This document shows positions 39,400 to 49,428 of a stretch of 64,000 nucleotides of DNA, piece after piece. Source of the DNA: an uncultured Planctomycetaceae bacterium. GTDB lineage: Bacteria > Planctomycetota > Planctomycetia > Isosphaerales > Isosphaeraceae. A model generated the notes under the pieces. It was given only the letters and a program-made list of their open reading frames with translations, had not been told where the DNA came from and did no database searches. Positions within the stretch are counted from its first letter, which is position 1, and the number at the start of each line of letters is the position of its first letter. Location: contig CAWIAD010000001.1 in assembly GCA_963833985.1 (NCBI GenBank), forward strand, positions 256,001-320,000, given 5' to 3'. The position numbers and the translations under genes were made by a program.

Positions 39400-40974
39400 A
39401 TGAGCAGTGACCTAGAGGCTGGCGTCCAGATCGGCGACTTCCGCATCGAGCGGCGGATCGGTGCAGGCGGCATGGGCATCGTCTACCTGGCGAAGCAGGT
39501 GTCGCTCGACCGGTTGGTCGCCCTTAAGGTCCTCGGCACAGCCCTGACCGACCGCTCCGACATCGCCCGTTTCCGGCGGGAGGCCCAGGCCGTCGCCCGC
39601 CTGGACCACCCCGGCATCGCCGTCGTCCATTTCGTCGGCCAAGACGGCCAGGTTTGCTACATCGCCATGGAGTTCATCGACGGGGCCTCGTTGCGTGAGG
39701 TCGTCACGCGCCTGGCCTCTTCGGGCCTCCCCGGCGTCTCCATCGACAACGCCCTTGAGGCGGGTCAGGGAGAAGCCCCGGAGGTACGGTTCGACCGGGA
39801 CACCGTAAGCTACACGCCGGAACACGCGGCCGACGACGGGCGGGCCGCACCCGTTCCCCCGGTCCCCCAGGAGGGGCGATTGATGACCTCGCCCGGCCAC
39901 ATCCGTCGGTGCTGCGAGGTCGTGCGGGATGCTGCCATGGCCCTGGCCCACGCCCACGAGCGTGGGGTCGTCCATCGCGACATCAAGCCGGGGAACATCC
40001 TCCTGGCCGGTCAGGGGACGGTCCACCTCATCGACTTCGGCCTGGCCCGGTTCTTCGAGGACGTGAGCCTGACGGCCACGGGGGCCCTGGTGGGCACCCC
40101 GATGTACATGTCGCCGGAGCAGGTCACGGGCCGCCTCCAGGTCGACCACCGGACCGATATCTACTCCCTGGGGATGGTGCTGTACGAGTTACTGACCCTC
40201 CGGAGGCCGATCACCGCGCCGACGCGCGAGGGCGTCCTCCGGCAGGTCGTGACCAAGTCGTTGCCGCCCGTGTCCGTCCGGAACCGTGCGGTGCCGCGTG
40301 CCCTGGAGTGCGTCGTGCACCAGGCGACGGCGAAGGACCCGGACGAGAGATACCAGAGCGCCCTGGCGTTGGCCCGGGACATTGACGCGTTCCTGGATGG
40401 GAAACGGGTCGAGGCCAGGCCCTACAGGCACCGCCTCGACACCGGCGAGATCGAAGCCGAGAGGCCCTTCGGCGTCGTCCTGGTTTCCGCGCTCTTTCTC
40501 GTCCCGGGTGTGCTCCTGTCCGTGTTGGCGGTGATGCTCCTGTTCTTCATCATCCAGACCGCGATCTTCGTCTCGGTCCCCAAAGGGGTACCGGCTTCCG
40601 AAATCGCCAACTCCTACATAAGGACCGCCGTGTTCTTGTCGGCCTCGCTTTGCCTGTCGCTCTTCCATATCTGGGTCGGCCGCGGCCTCCTCCTGGGGAA
40701 GAAACTGCATCGGTTCCTCGCCTTGACCGCCTATTCGGCCTACCTCCTCCTCTTGGCTGGCAGGGCCGTCATTAACGCGGTGGGAGATGATTATGATATC
40801 CGTCACCCCGCGACAATGGGTTCGGTCATGATACCGTTGGACGTGTCGATCGTTATGGCGATCGTCGTCTTCACCATGGCGGGAACGCTCTGGAGCAGGC
40901 GGAGCCGGGAGTGGTTCTCCATGGCCGGCCGGTTGCGTGCGGAGCACAAGAGGGGTTCGACGGGCCCGGGTTGA
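39400..40974 (+). CDS. Ser/Thr protein kinase with about four C-terminal TM helices
   Basis: GAGGMG, VALKVL, HRDIKPGN, DFG, GTPMYMSPEQ. Confidence 0.93.
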   Translation: MSSDLEAGVQIGDFRIERRIGAGGMGIVYLAKQVSLDRLVALKVLGTALTDRSDIARFRREAQAVARLDHPGIAVVHFVGQDGQVCYIAMEFIDGASLREVVTRLASSGLPGVSIDNALEAGQGEAPEVRFDRDTVSYTPEHAADDGRAAPVPPVPQEGRLMTSPGHIRRCCEVVRDAAMALAHAHERGVVHRDIKPGNILLAGQGTVHLIDFGLARFFEDVSLTATGALVGTPMYMSPEQVTGRLQVDHRTDIYSLGMVLYELLTLRRPITAPTREGVLRQVVTKSLPPVSVRNRAVPRALECVVHQATAKDPDERYQSALALARDIDAFLDGKRVEARPYRHRLDTGEIEAERPFGVVLVSALFLVPGVLLSVLAVMLLFFIIQTAIFVSVPKGVPASEIANSYIRTAVFLSASLCLSLFHIWVGRGLLLGKKLHRFLALTAYSAYLLLLAGRAVINAVGDDYDIRHPATMGSVMIPLDVSIVMAIVVFTMAGTLWSRRSREWFSMAGRLRAEHKRGSTGPG

Positions 40975-40981
40975 AGTCGAA

Positions 40982-41198
40982 GCAGGGTGGGCACTGCCCA
41001 CCGACCCAAACGGTTCAGGCTGAGGCGGTTACGCGGTGGGCAGTGCCCACCCTACAAACTCTTGACAGGCAAGAATGCCTGTCCTCCCATTCCTCTACAT
41101 TCCTCTAGAATGCCTGTCCTCCCATTCCTCTCCGCTGCCGACTGCCGACTGCCGAGTGCCGCCCTGGTGGGCCTCGCCTGCGGCTCGACCCACCCTAC
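40982..41198. repeat. Mosaic of REP-like palindromes and short tandem repeats
   Basis: Inverted pair GGTGGGCA(C/G)TGCCCACC (40986-41002, 41035-41055 ending CTAC), GACAGGCAAGAATGCCTGTC with local duplication, (CTGCCGA)n, REP at 41166-41198. Confidence 0.8.
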
Positions 41199-41635
41199 CA
41201 GTTTGCCATTCACCCGTCAGGCCCCGGTTCGCAGTCACCCGCCGGGTCCTCGGCACGCGGATCGCTCACGGGCCCTGGACGAGGCACACTCCAATGCGTC
41301 GAATGCTGCCCCCCCCACTGGCCCGAATACGATGATAACGCGGCCGCAACGCGACCCGCTGGGCACCTGGCGGAGGAGTCACGTCGGACTCCATTTTTCC
41401 CGCCCGGAGAGTGAAACAAGCCTACCGGGCCCCTGCCCGCTGGTCTGCCGGCGGGCTGTGGCCTCGACGCGGAAACCACGACCGGCGGTTCCTCTCTTCG
41501 AGCAAGTGAACCGACCTCTGCCGGGACGCGTCGATCTGGTAAGCTTGCTCTTTTGCACAGTTGCGGCGCTGGCAGGCTGTGGAGGACGGGCGGCGGAAAT
41601 GGCCTGTGCGCAGTTTGAACCTGAGGAGTGATCTC

Positions 41636-43423
41636 GTGCGGTGGTCGAATGCCCTGATTCCGACGCTCAAGGAAAGCCCGGCCGACGCCGTGGCGCCCAG
41701 CCATATCTTCCTCATCCGCGCGGGCATGATTCGCCAGCTCGGCGCGGGGGCGTACACGTACCTGCCGCTGGGCTTGCGGGTGATCCACAAGGCCAGCCAG
41801 ATCGTCCGCGAGGAGATGAACGCGGCCGGGGCCATCGAGCTCCTCATGCCCGCCTTGCAGCCGGTGGAGCTCTGGAAGGAGTCGGGCCGGTTCGAGGCCT
41901 ACGGTGACCTGCTCATGAAGCTGACGTTGAGCGGGGGCCACAAGATGTGCCTGGGCCCGACCCACGAGGAAGTGATGACCGACCTGGTGCGCGACCTGCT
42001 GAAGAGCTACAAGCAGTTGCCCATCACCATGTACCAGATCCAGACCAAGTTCCGGGACGAGCCCCGGCCGCGGTTCGGCATCGTCCGCACCCGGGAGTTC
42101 CTGATGAAGGACGCCTACAGCTTCGATGCGGACCTGGCACAGCTCAATACGAGCTATGACGCCATGTACGAGGCGTATTGCCGGATCTACGACCGCTGCG
42201 GCCTGCCCTACGTGATCGTGGAGGCCGAGAGCGGCCCCATCGGCGGCGACGCATCGCACGAGTTCATGGTCCCCTGCGATACCGGCGAGGACCGGGTGAT
42301 CCAGTGCACCGCCTGCGGTTACGCCGCCAACCAGGAGCGTGCGGAGATCGGCGCTGGCGCCGCGGCCGCGCCGCGGGCGGAGACCTCCGCGCCGGCGTAC
42401 GAAGCCGTGCAGACGCCCGGCAAGCGAACCATCCGCGAGGTCTGCGAGTTCCTGAAGGTCCCCGAGGAGACCTCGGCCAAGCTGCTGGTCTACCTGGGCG
42501 ACGGCAAGCCGGTGGCCGTCCTGCTGCGGGGCGATCATGAGGCGAATGAATCGAAGCTGCGCCGCGCGATCGGTGCGGCGACGCTTGTCCCGGCGGATCC
42601 GGAGGCGATCCCGAGGGCGACCGGGGCCCCGATGGGCTTCCTTGGGCCGGTGAATATCAAGATACCGATGGTGATCGACCACGCCATCGCGGCGATGCCG
42701 TCGGTGGTTGTGGGGGGCAACGCGGTCGATGTGCACCTGAAGGGGGTGGTTCCCGGCCGCGATTTTCCGCTGGAGCGCGTGCTGGACGTGCGCAATGCCG
42801 ATGCGGGGGACCCCTGCCCGCGCTGCGGCGCCGCGCTGGTGATCCGGGCGGGGCTCGAGATCGGCCACGTCTTCAAGCTGGGCACCAAGTATTCCAGGGC
42901 GATGGGTGCGACCTACCTGGATGAGAAAGGCGCCGAGGTTCCCATCATCATGGGTTGTTATGGCATCGGCATCAACCGGATCATGGCGGGGGCCATTGAA
43001 GCCGGGCACGACCAGAATGGCATCCTCTGGCCCATCTCCCTGGCCCCCTACGAGGTCTCGCTCATTCCGTTGCAGGTGAACAACGCCGAGGTGATGAAGC
43101 TCACGGACCGGCTCGAGCAGGAGCTCAGCTCGGCCGGGATCGACGTCCTGACCGACGACCGCGACACGCGGCCGGGCGTGAAGTTCAAGGACGTGGACCT
43201 GATCGGCGTGCCGCTCCGAGTGGTGATTGGCGAGCGCGGGCTCAAGGAGGGCTCCATCGAGATCAAGTGGCGGCACGAGGCCGCAGCCCGCAATGTGCCC
43301 CTGGCCGAGGCGGCGGAGAGCATCCTTGGTGAATTGAAGGCGGCCCGGGCGGAGCTTGACACCCGTTGCCGCGAGCGGATCGCCGCGCGGGCGAGCGCTC
43401 GCGCCGGGGCCGCGCGGCCATGA
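41636..43423 (+). CDS. proS: Proline--tRNA ligase (with INS editing domain)
   Basis: LGPTHEE, QIQTKFRDEPRPRFG, REFLMKDAYSF, EIGHVFKLG, MGCYGIG; GAGGAG RBS before GTG. Confidence 0.97.
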   Translation: MRWSNALIPTLKESPADAVAPSHIFLIRAGMIRQLGAGAYTYLPLGLRVIHKASQIVREEMNAAGAIELLMPALQPVELWKESGRFEAYGDLLMKLTLSGGHKMCLGPTHEEVMTDLVRDLLKSYKQLPITMYQIQTKFRDEPRPRFGIVRTREFLMKDAYSFDADLAQLNTSYDAMYEAYCRIYDRCGLPYVIVEAESGPIGGDASHEFMVPCDTGEDRVIQCTACGYAANQERAEIGAGAAAAPRAETSAPAYEAVQTPGKRTIREVCEFLKVPEETSAKLLVYLGDGKPVAVLLRGDHEANESKLRRAIGAATLVPADPEAIPRATGAPMGFLGPVNIKIPMVIDHAIAAMPSVVVGGNAVDVHLKGVVPGRDFPLERVLDVRNADAGDPCPRCGAALVIRAGLEIGHVFKLGTKYSRAMGATYLDEKGAEVPIIMGCYGIGINRIMAGAIEAGHDQNGILWPISLAPYEVSLIPLQVNNAEVMKLTDRLEQELSSAGIDVLTDDRDTRPGVKFKDVDLIGVPLRVVIGERGLKEGSIEIKWRHEAAARNVPLAEAAESILGELKAARAELDTRCRERIAARASARAGAARP

Positions 43424-43704
43424 AGGCGAGCGACCCCCTGCCCCGTCTGCCGTACCTGCTGCTGGGCGCGCTCACGGCCGTCGCGTTTGGCGGGCCGTTC
43501 GCCATCGTCGCCGTGGTGTGGGGCGGCCCGAGCGCGCGCTGGCCGCCGGACCGGCTCATCGAGTGGGCAGTCCTGGCACTTGTTTTCGTGCTCTTCGTGA
43601 TTCTCTTCGTCGCCTGTGTGAGCATCCGCCTCTGGTACCATCCGGCCAGCGCCCGCTGCATCACGCCGGCGTCGTCACCGAGGGACGACGATGTCAAGCG
43701 GTAG
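43420..43704 (+). CDS. Small two-TM membrane protein
   Basis: ATGA overlap with the proS stop; two hydrophobic helices around WPPDR. Confidence 0.7.
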   Translation: MKASDPLPRLPYLLLGALTAVAFGGPFAIVAVVWGGPSARWPPDRLIEWAVLALVFVLFVILFVACVSIRLWYHPASARCITPASSPRDDDVKR

Positions 43705-44845
43705 CGCGTGGGTCCTGGTTCGTGCCGGGTTGGTGCTGGCGGCAGTGTCGTTCTTGCTCTCCGCGGTGTGTTGCGCCGCCGCCCGGCGCTTTGCCCTGCG
43801 GCTCGGCTTTCTGGACCGGCCGGGGGGGCACAAGGGGCACCAGGTTCCGGTCCCGCTGGGCGGGGGCGTGGCGATCTGGCTGGCGACGATGGCCGTGCTG
43901 GGCGGCTGCGGCTTGCTGGTGTTCCTGCGCGGCTCCGAGTTGCCGCCGCCGATGGCCGAGCATATCACCGCCGCCGGGCTGTTCAGCCGGGCCGGGGAAC
44001 TGTTCCTGATCCTGGCACTGGCGACGGTGATCATGGTGATGGGGCTGGTGGACGACCGCAGGAGCCTGGACTGGCGGCTGCGGCTGGGCATCCAGCTCGG
44101 GTGTGCCGTCCTCCTGGCCGCCTCGGGAGTGCGCGTCACGCTCTTCTGGCCGTTCTCGCATCCGCTGCTGGGTGGAGCGGTGACGGTGCTCTGGGTCGTG
44201 GGGCTGACCAACTCGATCAACATGCTCGACAACATGGACGGCCTGGCCGCCAGCGTGGGGCTGATCGCCGCGGGTCTCTTCTGCGTGGGCCAGGTCACCG
44301 CCGGCAGCCTGTTCGCGCCGGCCGTTTTGCTCATCGTGATGGGGGCGCTGGGCGGTTTTCTGCTGCACAACCACGCACCGGCGCGGCTGTACATGGGCGA
44401 TGCCGGCAGCAACTTTCTGGGCTTTCTCCTGGGAGCGATGACCGTTGCGGGGACGTATCACGTCTGGGGCGTCGACTCTCCCTTCAGCGTGCTGGCGCCC
44501 TTGCTGGTCATGGCCGTGCCGCTTTATGACACGACGTCGGTGGTGCTGATCCGCCTGCGCGAGGGGCGAAGCCCGTTCCAGGGCGACCGCAGGCATTTTT
44601 CGCACCGGCTGGTCGCGCGCGGCTTGACGCCGGCGCAGGCGGTCTGGACGATTGACCTGGTGACGCTGGCCAGCGGGCTGGGCGCTCTGCTGCTGCACCG
44701 GCTGGACGGATGGGGAGCGGGACTGGTCCTGGCGCAGACGGCCTGCTTGCTGGGTCTGGTGGCAATTCTCGAGCAGACTGGCAACGGGCCGCAGACCCGC
44801 CCCGAGCCAGGGCGCGAGCCCGGCGAGATCAAGGCACTGGCATGA
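43691..44845 (+). CDS. MraY/WecA-family polyprenyl-phosphate sugar-1-phosphate transferase
   Basis: DRPGGHKGH, GLVDD, NSINMLDNMDGL, YMGDAGS, GDRRHFSHRL. Confidence 0.9.
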   Translation: MSSGSAWVLVRAGLVLAAVSFLLSAVCCAAARRFALRLGFLDRPGGHKGHQVPVPLGGGVAIWLATMAVLGGCGLLVFLRGSELPPPMAEHITAAGLFSRAGELFLILALATVIMVMGLVDDRRSLDWRLRLGIQLGCAVLLAASGVRVTLFWPFSHPLLGGAVTVLWVVGLTNSINMLDNMDGLAASVGLIAAGLFCVGQVTAGSLFAPAVLLIVMGALGGFLLHNHAPARLYMGDAGSNFLGFLLGAMTVAGTYHVWGVDSPFSVLAPLLVMAVPLYDTTSVVLIRLREGRSPFQGDRRHFSHRLVARGLTPAQAVWTIDLVTLASGLGALLLHRLDGWGAGLVLAQTACLLGLVAILEQTGNGPQTRPEPGREPGEIKALA

Positions 44846-47319
44846 CGAGGCGCGGCGCGAGATCTCCGGCGAACCCACGCGCCCCGGACGTTCCGTCTGG
44901 CCCGCGCGGCGACACGAGCGCCGGTGGACCCGGAAGTGCGGCACCCGCGGGCCAGAGGCGATACTCCAGCGGCCCGGACGACGACCGCGCCGGCTCGCTG
45001 GGCGAAGGCATGCGGCGCGTGGCCCTGGGCGGGTTCGCGGCGCTGGCGACCTGCCGCGCGTACTGGCCCAGTGAGCTGGACCCCAACCAGGCTTCGGGAT
45101 CGGGGCTTGCCTGGACGCTGGCCTTGATGGCGATGGCAGGACTGGCCGTGGCCGGTGCGCTGGTCGAGGGGCGGTTCCGGTTCCGCTGGTCGTGGACCGA
45201 CGCGGCCGTGGTGGCGCTGGTGCTGCTTGTCGGGCTGAGCTCGACGCACGGGCTCGATCGCCGGCTGGCAATCAATCTCGCCTGGGAGTGGGCCGGACTG
45301 GGGATCGCTTACGTGCTGGCCCGCAACTTGCCGCGGAGTCCGGGAGAATCTCGTGTGCTGGCCGGCGCGCTGGTCGCCTCGGCGGTGGCCGTTTCCGCAT
45401 ACGGGCTCTACCAGGCGAAGGTGGAGATACCTCAGCTTCAGGAGCGGTTCCGGCGCTATCCCGCGCAGGTGATGCTCGAGGCGAAGGTACCGGCGGACCC
45501 GCAGCGAATGCGCGTCTTCGCGGATCGAGTGCTCGGCTCCAACGAGGTCTTCGCGACGTTCGGCCTGGCGAACTCGCTGGCCGGCTTCCTCGTCGGGCCG
45601 CTTGTGCTTGTACTGGCGCTGGTGATTCGCAACCTGGGAGATCGAGATGCCCCCGGCTCGCGGTGGTTGGCGATCGGCCTGGCGCTGCCGCCCCTGCTCT
45701 GCCTGCTCACCTGCCTGATCCTGACCAAGAGCCGCAGCGCTTTCATCGGTCTGTTGATCGGCTGCCTGCTGGTTCTGTGGCAGGAGCGAGGGCGCCTGCG
45801 GCCACGGCTCCTGGTGGGTTCTGGCCTGGCCGGTCTGGCGGTGATCGTCGCGCTGGGGACAGCGGCCTGGGCCGCGGGCCGGCTTGATCGCGAGGTGCTC
45901 ACGCAGTCCACGCTGTCGATGCGTTATCGCTGGGAGTACTGGCAAGGCACCTGGAAGATGCTCACCGCAGCGTCGCCAGGTGCGGACTCCGGGACGTTCT
46001 GGACGGGGGTCGGGCCGGGCAATTTCGCCTTCCACTACCTGCTGCACAAGCTGCCACAATCGAGCGAGGAGATTCAGGATCCGCATGACCTGTTCCTCGA
46101 CGTTTGGGCCACAGCCGGGTTCTGGGCGCTGCTGGCCCTGCTGGCCGCGCTCGGCCTGGCGCTCTGGAACCTGCTTGGCGGCGCGGCCCTGCGCCGGAGA
46201 GCGGCGGGAAGTTCGCCGGAGCGAAGGCAGCGTCCGACCGATGTTCCACGGGAAACCACGCCGGGGGTGTCCGCGAAGTCTCTGGCCCCGGCTGGCGGCC
46301 GGCTGGGCTGGCTGACCCGGTCAGCCGGGCTGGGCCTTGTCGCGGTGTTCATCGTGGGCCAGATGAACCTGTTCGAGGGGGACCTGCTCATACGCTGGCT
46401 GATCCTGACGGCGAGCTGGCTGTGCGCGGTCCTGCTGGGGCAGGCTCTCTGGAGACGCACGCCCGTGCCGGCCCCGGTGCTGGGCGCTGCCGTGGTCGCC
46501 TGCGTGGTGAACCTGCTGGCTGCCGGGGGCATCGGCATGCCCGCCGTCGCGCTGGCGCTCTGGCTGCTGGTCGCGCTGGGATTGAACCTGCGCGAGGATC
46601 GCGCGTGCGCGCGGCTGCGCGAGTACGACGGCCGGCTCCCCGCCTTTGCCCTGGCGCTCGTCTGGTCGGCCCTGGCGGGCTCGTACTTCGGTGCGATCGT
46701 GCCGTACTGGCGGAGCGAGGCCGCCCTCGTTCGTGCCGATGTCGCCCTGGCTCATCGTCCTCCGGAGCTCGAGCAGGCCCAGTCGGCGTACGACGCCGCC
46801 AAGGACGCCGACCGTTACGCGGCCCGTCCCTGGCTGGGCGACGCGTACCTTCAGCTCCTGATCTGGGAGTCGCGCGGATCGAAGGCCGACGACCTCCGCT
46901 GGAAGAAGATCCCCGCGCTGCTGCTGAAGGCGGCGTCGGCACCGCGGAATCCCGACGCGTGGTCCCTGCACAGCCAGCGCGCCCTGGTGATCCGCGACCT
47001 GCTGGCGAAGGTTGGTCCGACACTCCCACCCCGGGAGATCATCGCCCTCAAGGCCAGCATTGTCGAGGCGACGAGAACGGCCTCGCGGCTCCATCCCACC
47101 AACCCCGCCCTGCACGCGCGCCTTGCCGAAGCGAGCGCGGAGATCTCCATGTTCCATGATGCCGCGGCCGAGGCCCGGGAGGCGCTCCGGCTCGACGAGA
47201 TCCTCGCCAGCCACCGGCATCGCGACAAGCAGCTATCGCCGGCCCAGCGTGCAGCGCTGCTTGAGAAGCTGCCAGAGTGGACCGAGCAGGCGGAACGGTT
47301 CAAGCTGCAATTGAGGTAG
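44842..47319 (+). CDS. O-antigen ligase (Wzy_C)-family membrane protein with TPR-like C-terminus
   Basis: TFGLANSLAGFL, LTKSRSA, GVGPGNF, DPHDLFL; many TMs. Confidence 0.82.
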   Translation: MTRRGARSPANPRAPDVPSGPRGDTSAGGPGSAAPAGQRRYSSGPDDDRAGSLGEGMRRVALGGFAALATCRAYWPSELDPNQASGSGLAWTLALMAMAGLAVAGALVEGRFRFRWSWTDAAVVALVLLVGLSSTHGLDRRLAINLAWEWAGLGIAYVLARNLPRSPGESRVLAGALVASAVAVSAYGLYQAKVEIPQLQERFRRYPAQVMLEAKVPADPQRMRVFADRVLGSNEVFATFGLANSLAGFLVGPLVLVLALVIRNLGDRDAPGSRWLAIGLALPPLLCLLTCLILTKSRSAFIGLLIGCLLVLWQERGRLRPRLLVGSGLAGLAVIVALGTAAWAAGRLDREVLTQSTLSMRYRWEYWQGTWKMLTAASPGADSGTFWTGVGPGNFAFHYLLHKLPQSSEEIQDPHDLFLDVWATAGFWALLALLAALGLALWNLLGGAALRRRAAGSSPERRQRPTDVPRETTPGVSAKSLAPAGGRLGWLTRSAGLGLVAVFIVGQMNLFEGDLLIRWLILTASWLCAVLLGQALWRRTPVPAPVLGAAVVACVVNLLAAGGIGMPAVALALWLLVALGLNLREDRACARLREYDGRLPAFALALVWSALAGSYFGAIVPYWRSEAALVRADVALAHRPPELEQAQSAYDAAKDADRYAARPWLGDAYLQLLIWESRGSKADDLRWKKIPALLLKAASAPRNPDAWSLHSQRALVIRDLLAKVGPTLPPREIIALKASIVEATRTASRLHPTNPALHARLAEASAEISMFHDAAAEAREALRLDEILASHRHRDKQLSPAQRAALLEKLPEWTEQAERFKLQLR
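46242..46257. promoter_or_regulatory. parS-like site
   Basis: TGTTCCACGGGAAACC, 14/16 to TGTTNCACGTGAAACA; in a linker encoding DVPRET. Confidence 0.6.
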
Positions 47320-47487
47320 AATCACCATCACGCTTCAGTGCATGCCAGGCGTGCCTGTCCGCAAGGTCGCTAAAACTGCTTCAAGCGTGTCGACCGCGCC
47401 GGCCGATAGAGAGGAGGTCAAGCGTACGGGCGAGTGCGTTCCTGGCAGGATGCCAGCACAGAGGGCGCCTCGATCGAGGAGGCAGGG

Positions 47488-49374
47488 ATGTTGGACCGAA
47501 TCTGGAAGGCAAGCACACGTGCGGTTCGGCCCGGTGCTGGGTCGCGCAGCGGTACCCGGATGGCGCGCCAGCGGCCCCTGGTCGAGCTTCTGGAATGCCG
47601 GCAACTCCTGACCGCGGCGCTGGCGCCCATCAGCAATCTGACGGTGCCCGCGCAGCAGGGTTACCAGCTTGCCCTCAACGGCAGTGGCAGCACGAGCAGC
47701 AACCAGAACTTCACGGTCAAGTCAAGCAACCCGGACATCCAGGTCTCCGTGGCGCAGGGAAAGTTCTGGACCGTCACCGTCTCGCACTCTCCGGCCAACA
47801 GCACGGACGTCACCATCAACCATGAGACAATGACGTTCCAGCTCTTTGGCGACCTGGTCCCGCAGACGACGTCCCGGATCGAGACGCTCACCAACGACGG
47901 ATACTACACCAACGGCTTTCCCAACAAGATACCGCCCGTACCCGCCGGTCAGTACATCCCGCGCATCACGTCGGTCGCCTCGTCGGGCTTCGCCGCCATC
48001 CAGGGAGGCTCCAGCAGTGCCACCAGCACGGCTTCCTCGAGCGGCCTGACGCCGATCGCCACCGAGCCCGTGCAGCAACTGGCCTTCACGGGCGCGTACC
48101 AGCTCGCCATGGCCAACACCGGACAGCCCAACAGCACCGACGCGCAGTGGTTCGTCACCAGCAGCACGGTGACTCAAAGCATCCAGCAGGCCTTTGATTA
48201 CAACTACACGATCGCCGGCCAGCTCGTCTCCGGCCAGACGACCGTATCGGACCTGTCCAAGGTCGCCGTCACGACGAATTCGGGTGGTGAGAACTCGCAA
48301 CCGATCACCCCGGTGGTCATCAACGCCGTCTCGCTCTCCACGTCGAATCCCAACGGCGTTGTGAACATCAATACGTCGCATGCCACGGCGGGCGAGACGG
48401 CCACCATCACCGTGACGGCGACCGACCCGACCGATCACACGACGGCCACGCGAACCTTCACCGTGACCGTGGGGGCCTACACAGGGCCGACCAGCCCCGT
48501 GATCAATTTCGCACCCCTTGCCAGTCCCGTGTCCGTGGGAACGGGGCTGAATTCGCCAGTCACCGTCCAGCTTGCCGGCAAGAGCGGCTATCCCAATTCG
48601 TCCACACCGGGAACCTTGACCTACCAGCTTGTCTCGCAGCCCACGCACGGGACGATCAGCCAGTTCGATGCCTCGACCGGTTCGCTCGTGTACACACCGA
48701 CCACGAACACCTACGGCACCGACACGTTCCAGTACAAGGTTTCGGCGACAGGCCCGCAGACGAATCCGGCCACGACGACCAGCCTGAATGCAACGGTCAC
48801 CGTCACCACCGGGGCGGGCAACACCGGAGCAGTGCACCTGATCACCACGAAGCAGAGCGGCAGCAACGTCCTCGTGATAACGCCTTTGCCACGCACCGAT
48901 CACGGCACCGATAACATCAATGTCGCGCAGGTCGCAGACTCATCCGTTTCCGGCGGCCAGAAGATCGTGGTCACGGTCAACGGAGTTCCTGACCTGACGC
49001 AGCCCACGGCAAATTCGCTGTACCAGATTATCGTTTTCGGTGGCAAGGCAAGCACCGACGTCCAGGTCGATCCGAGCGTCTCAGCGACGATTCCGGTCAC
49101 GCTCGATGGCGGGCATGGCGGCAAGAACGTCATCAAGGCGGGCGCTGGACCGACCCGAGAACACGGCTGGTTCGGCTATTCCCTGCTGATCGGCGGCACC
49201 GGGAGTGACACGCTGATCGGCCGCAAGGGCCGCGTCGGGTTCCGTCCCACGTCCACCACCAGGCTGATCTACGCGGGCAAGGTCGAGCCCCGGGCGAAGC
49301 ATCGCTCGGTCGCTCCGGCCGGGACTTATTACCGCTACGTCAAGGGCCGGCTGGTTCCCGTCCTGACCACCTGA
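47488..49374 (+). CDS. Extracellular cyclophilin-like protein with Ig/cadherin-like domain
   Basis: VELLECRQLL N-terminal motif, IQGG, LAMANTG, YTIAGQLVSG, PTHGT...YTP...GTDTFQY; very Thr/Ser-rich. Confidence 0.78.
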   Translation: MLDRIWKASTRAVRPGAGSRSGTRMARQRPLVELLECRQLLTAALAPISNLTVPAQQGYQLALNGSGSTSSNQNFTVKSSNPDIQVSVAQGKFWTVTVSHSPANSTDVTINHETMTFQLFGDLVPQTTSRIETLTNDGYYTNGFPNKIPPVPAGQYIPRITSVASSGFAAIQGGSSSATSTASSSGLTPIATEPVQQLAFTGAYQLAMANTGQPNSTDAQWFVTSSTVTQSIQQAFDYNYTIAGQLVSGQTTVSDLSKVAVTTNSGGENSQPITPVVINAVSLSTSNPNGVVNINTSHATAGETATITVTATDPTDHTTATRTFTVTVGAYTGPTSPVINFAPLASPVSVGTGLNSPVTVQLAGKSGYPNSSTPGTLTYQLVSQPTHGTISQFDASTGSLVYTPTTNTYGTDTFQYKVSATGPQTNPATTTSLNATVTVTTGAGNTGAVHLITTKQSGSNVLVITPLPRTDHGTDNINVAQVADSSVSGGQKIVVTVNGVPDLTQPTANSLYQIIVFGGKASTDVQVDPSVSATIPVTLDGGHGGKNVIKAGAGPTREHGWFGYSLLIGGTGSDTLIGRKGRVGFRPTSTTRLIYAGKVEPRAKHRSVAPAGTYYRYVKGRLVPVLTT

Positions 49375-49428
49375 GCCGGCCACCGGCTCCGAGCGACGCG
49401 AGCGACGCACCACTGGCCGTGCCGATAG

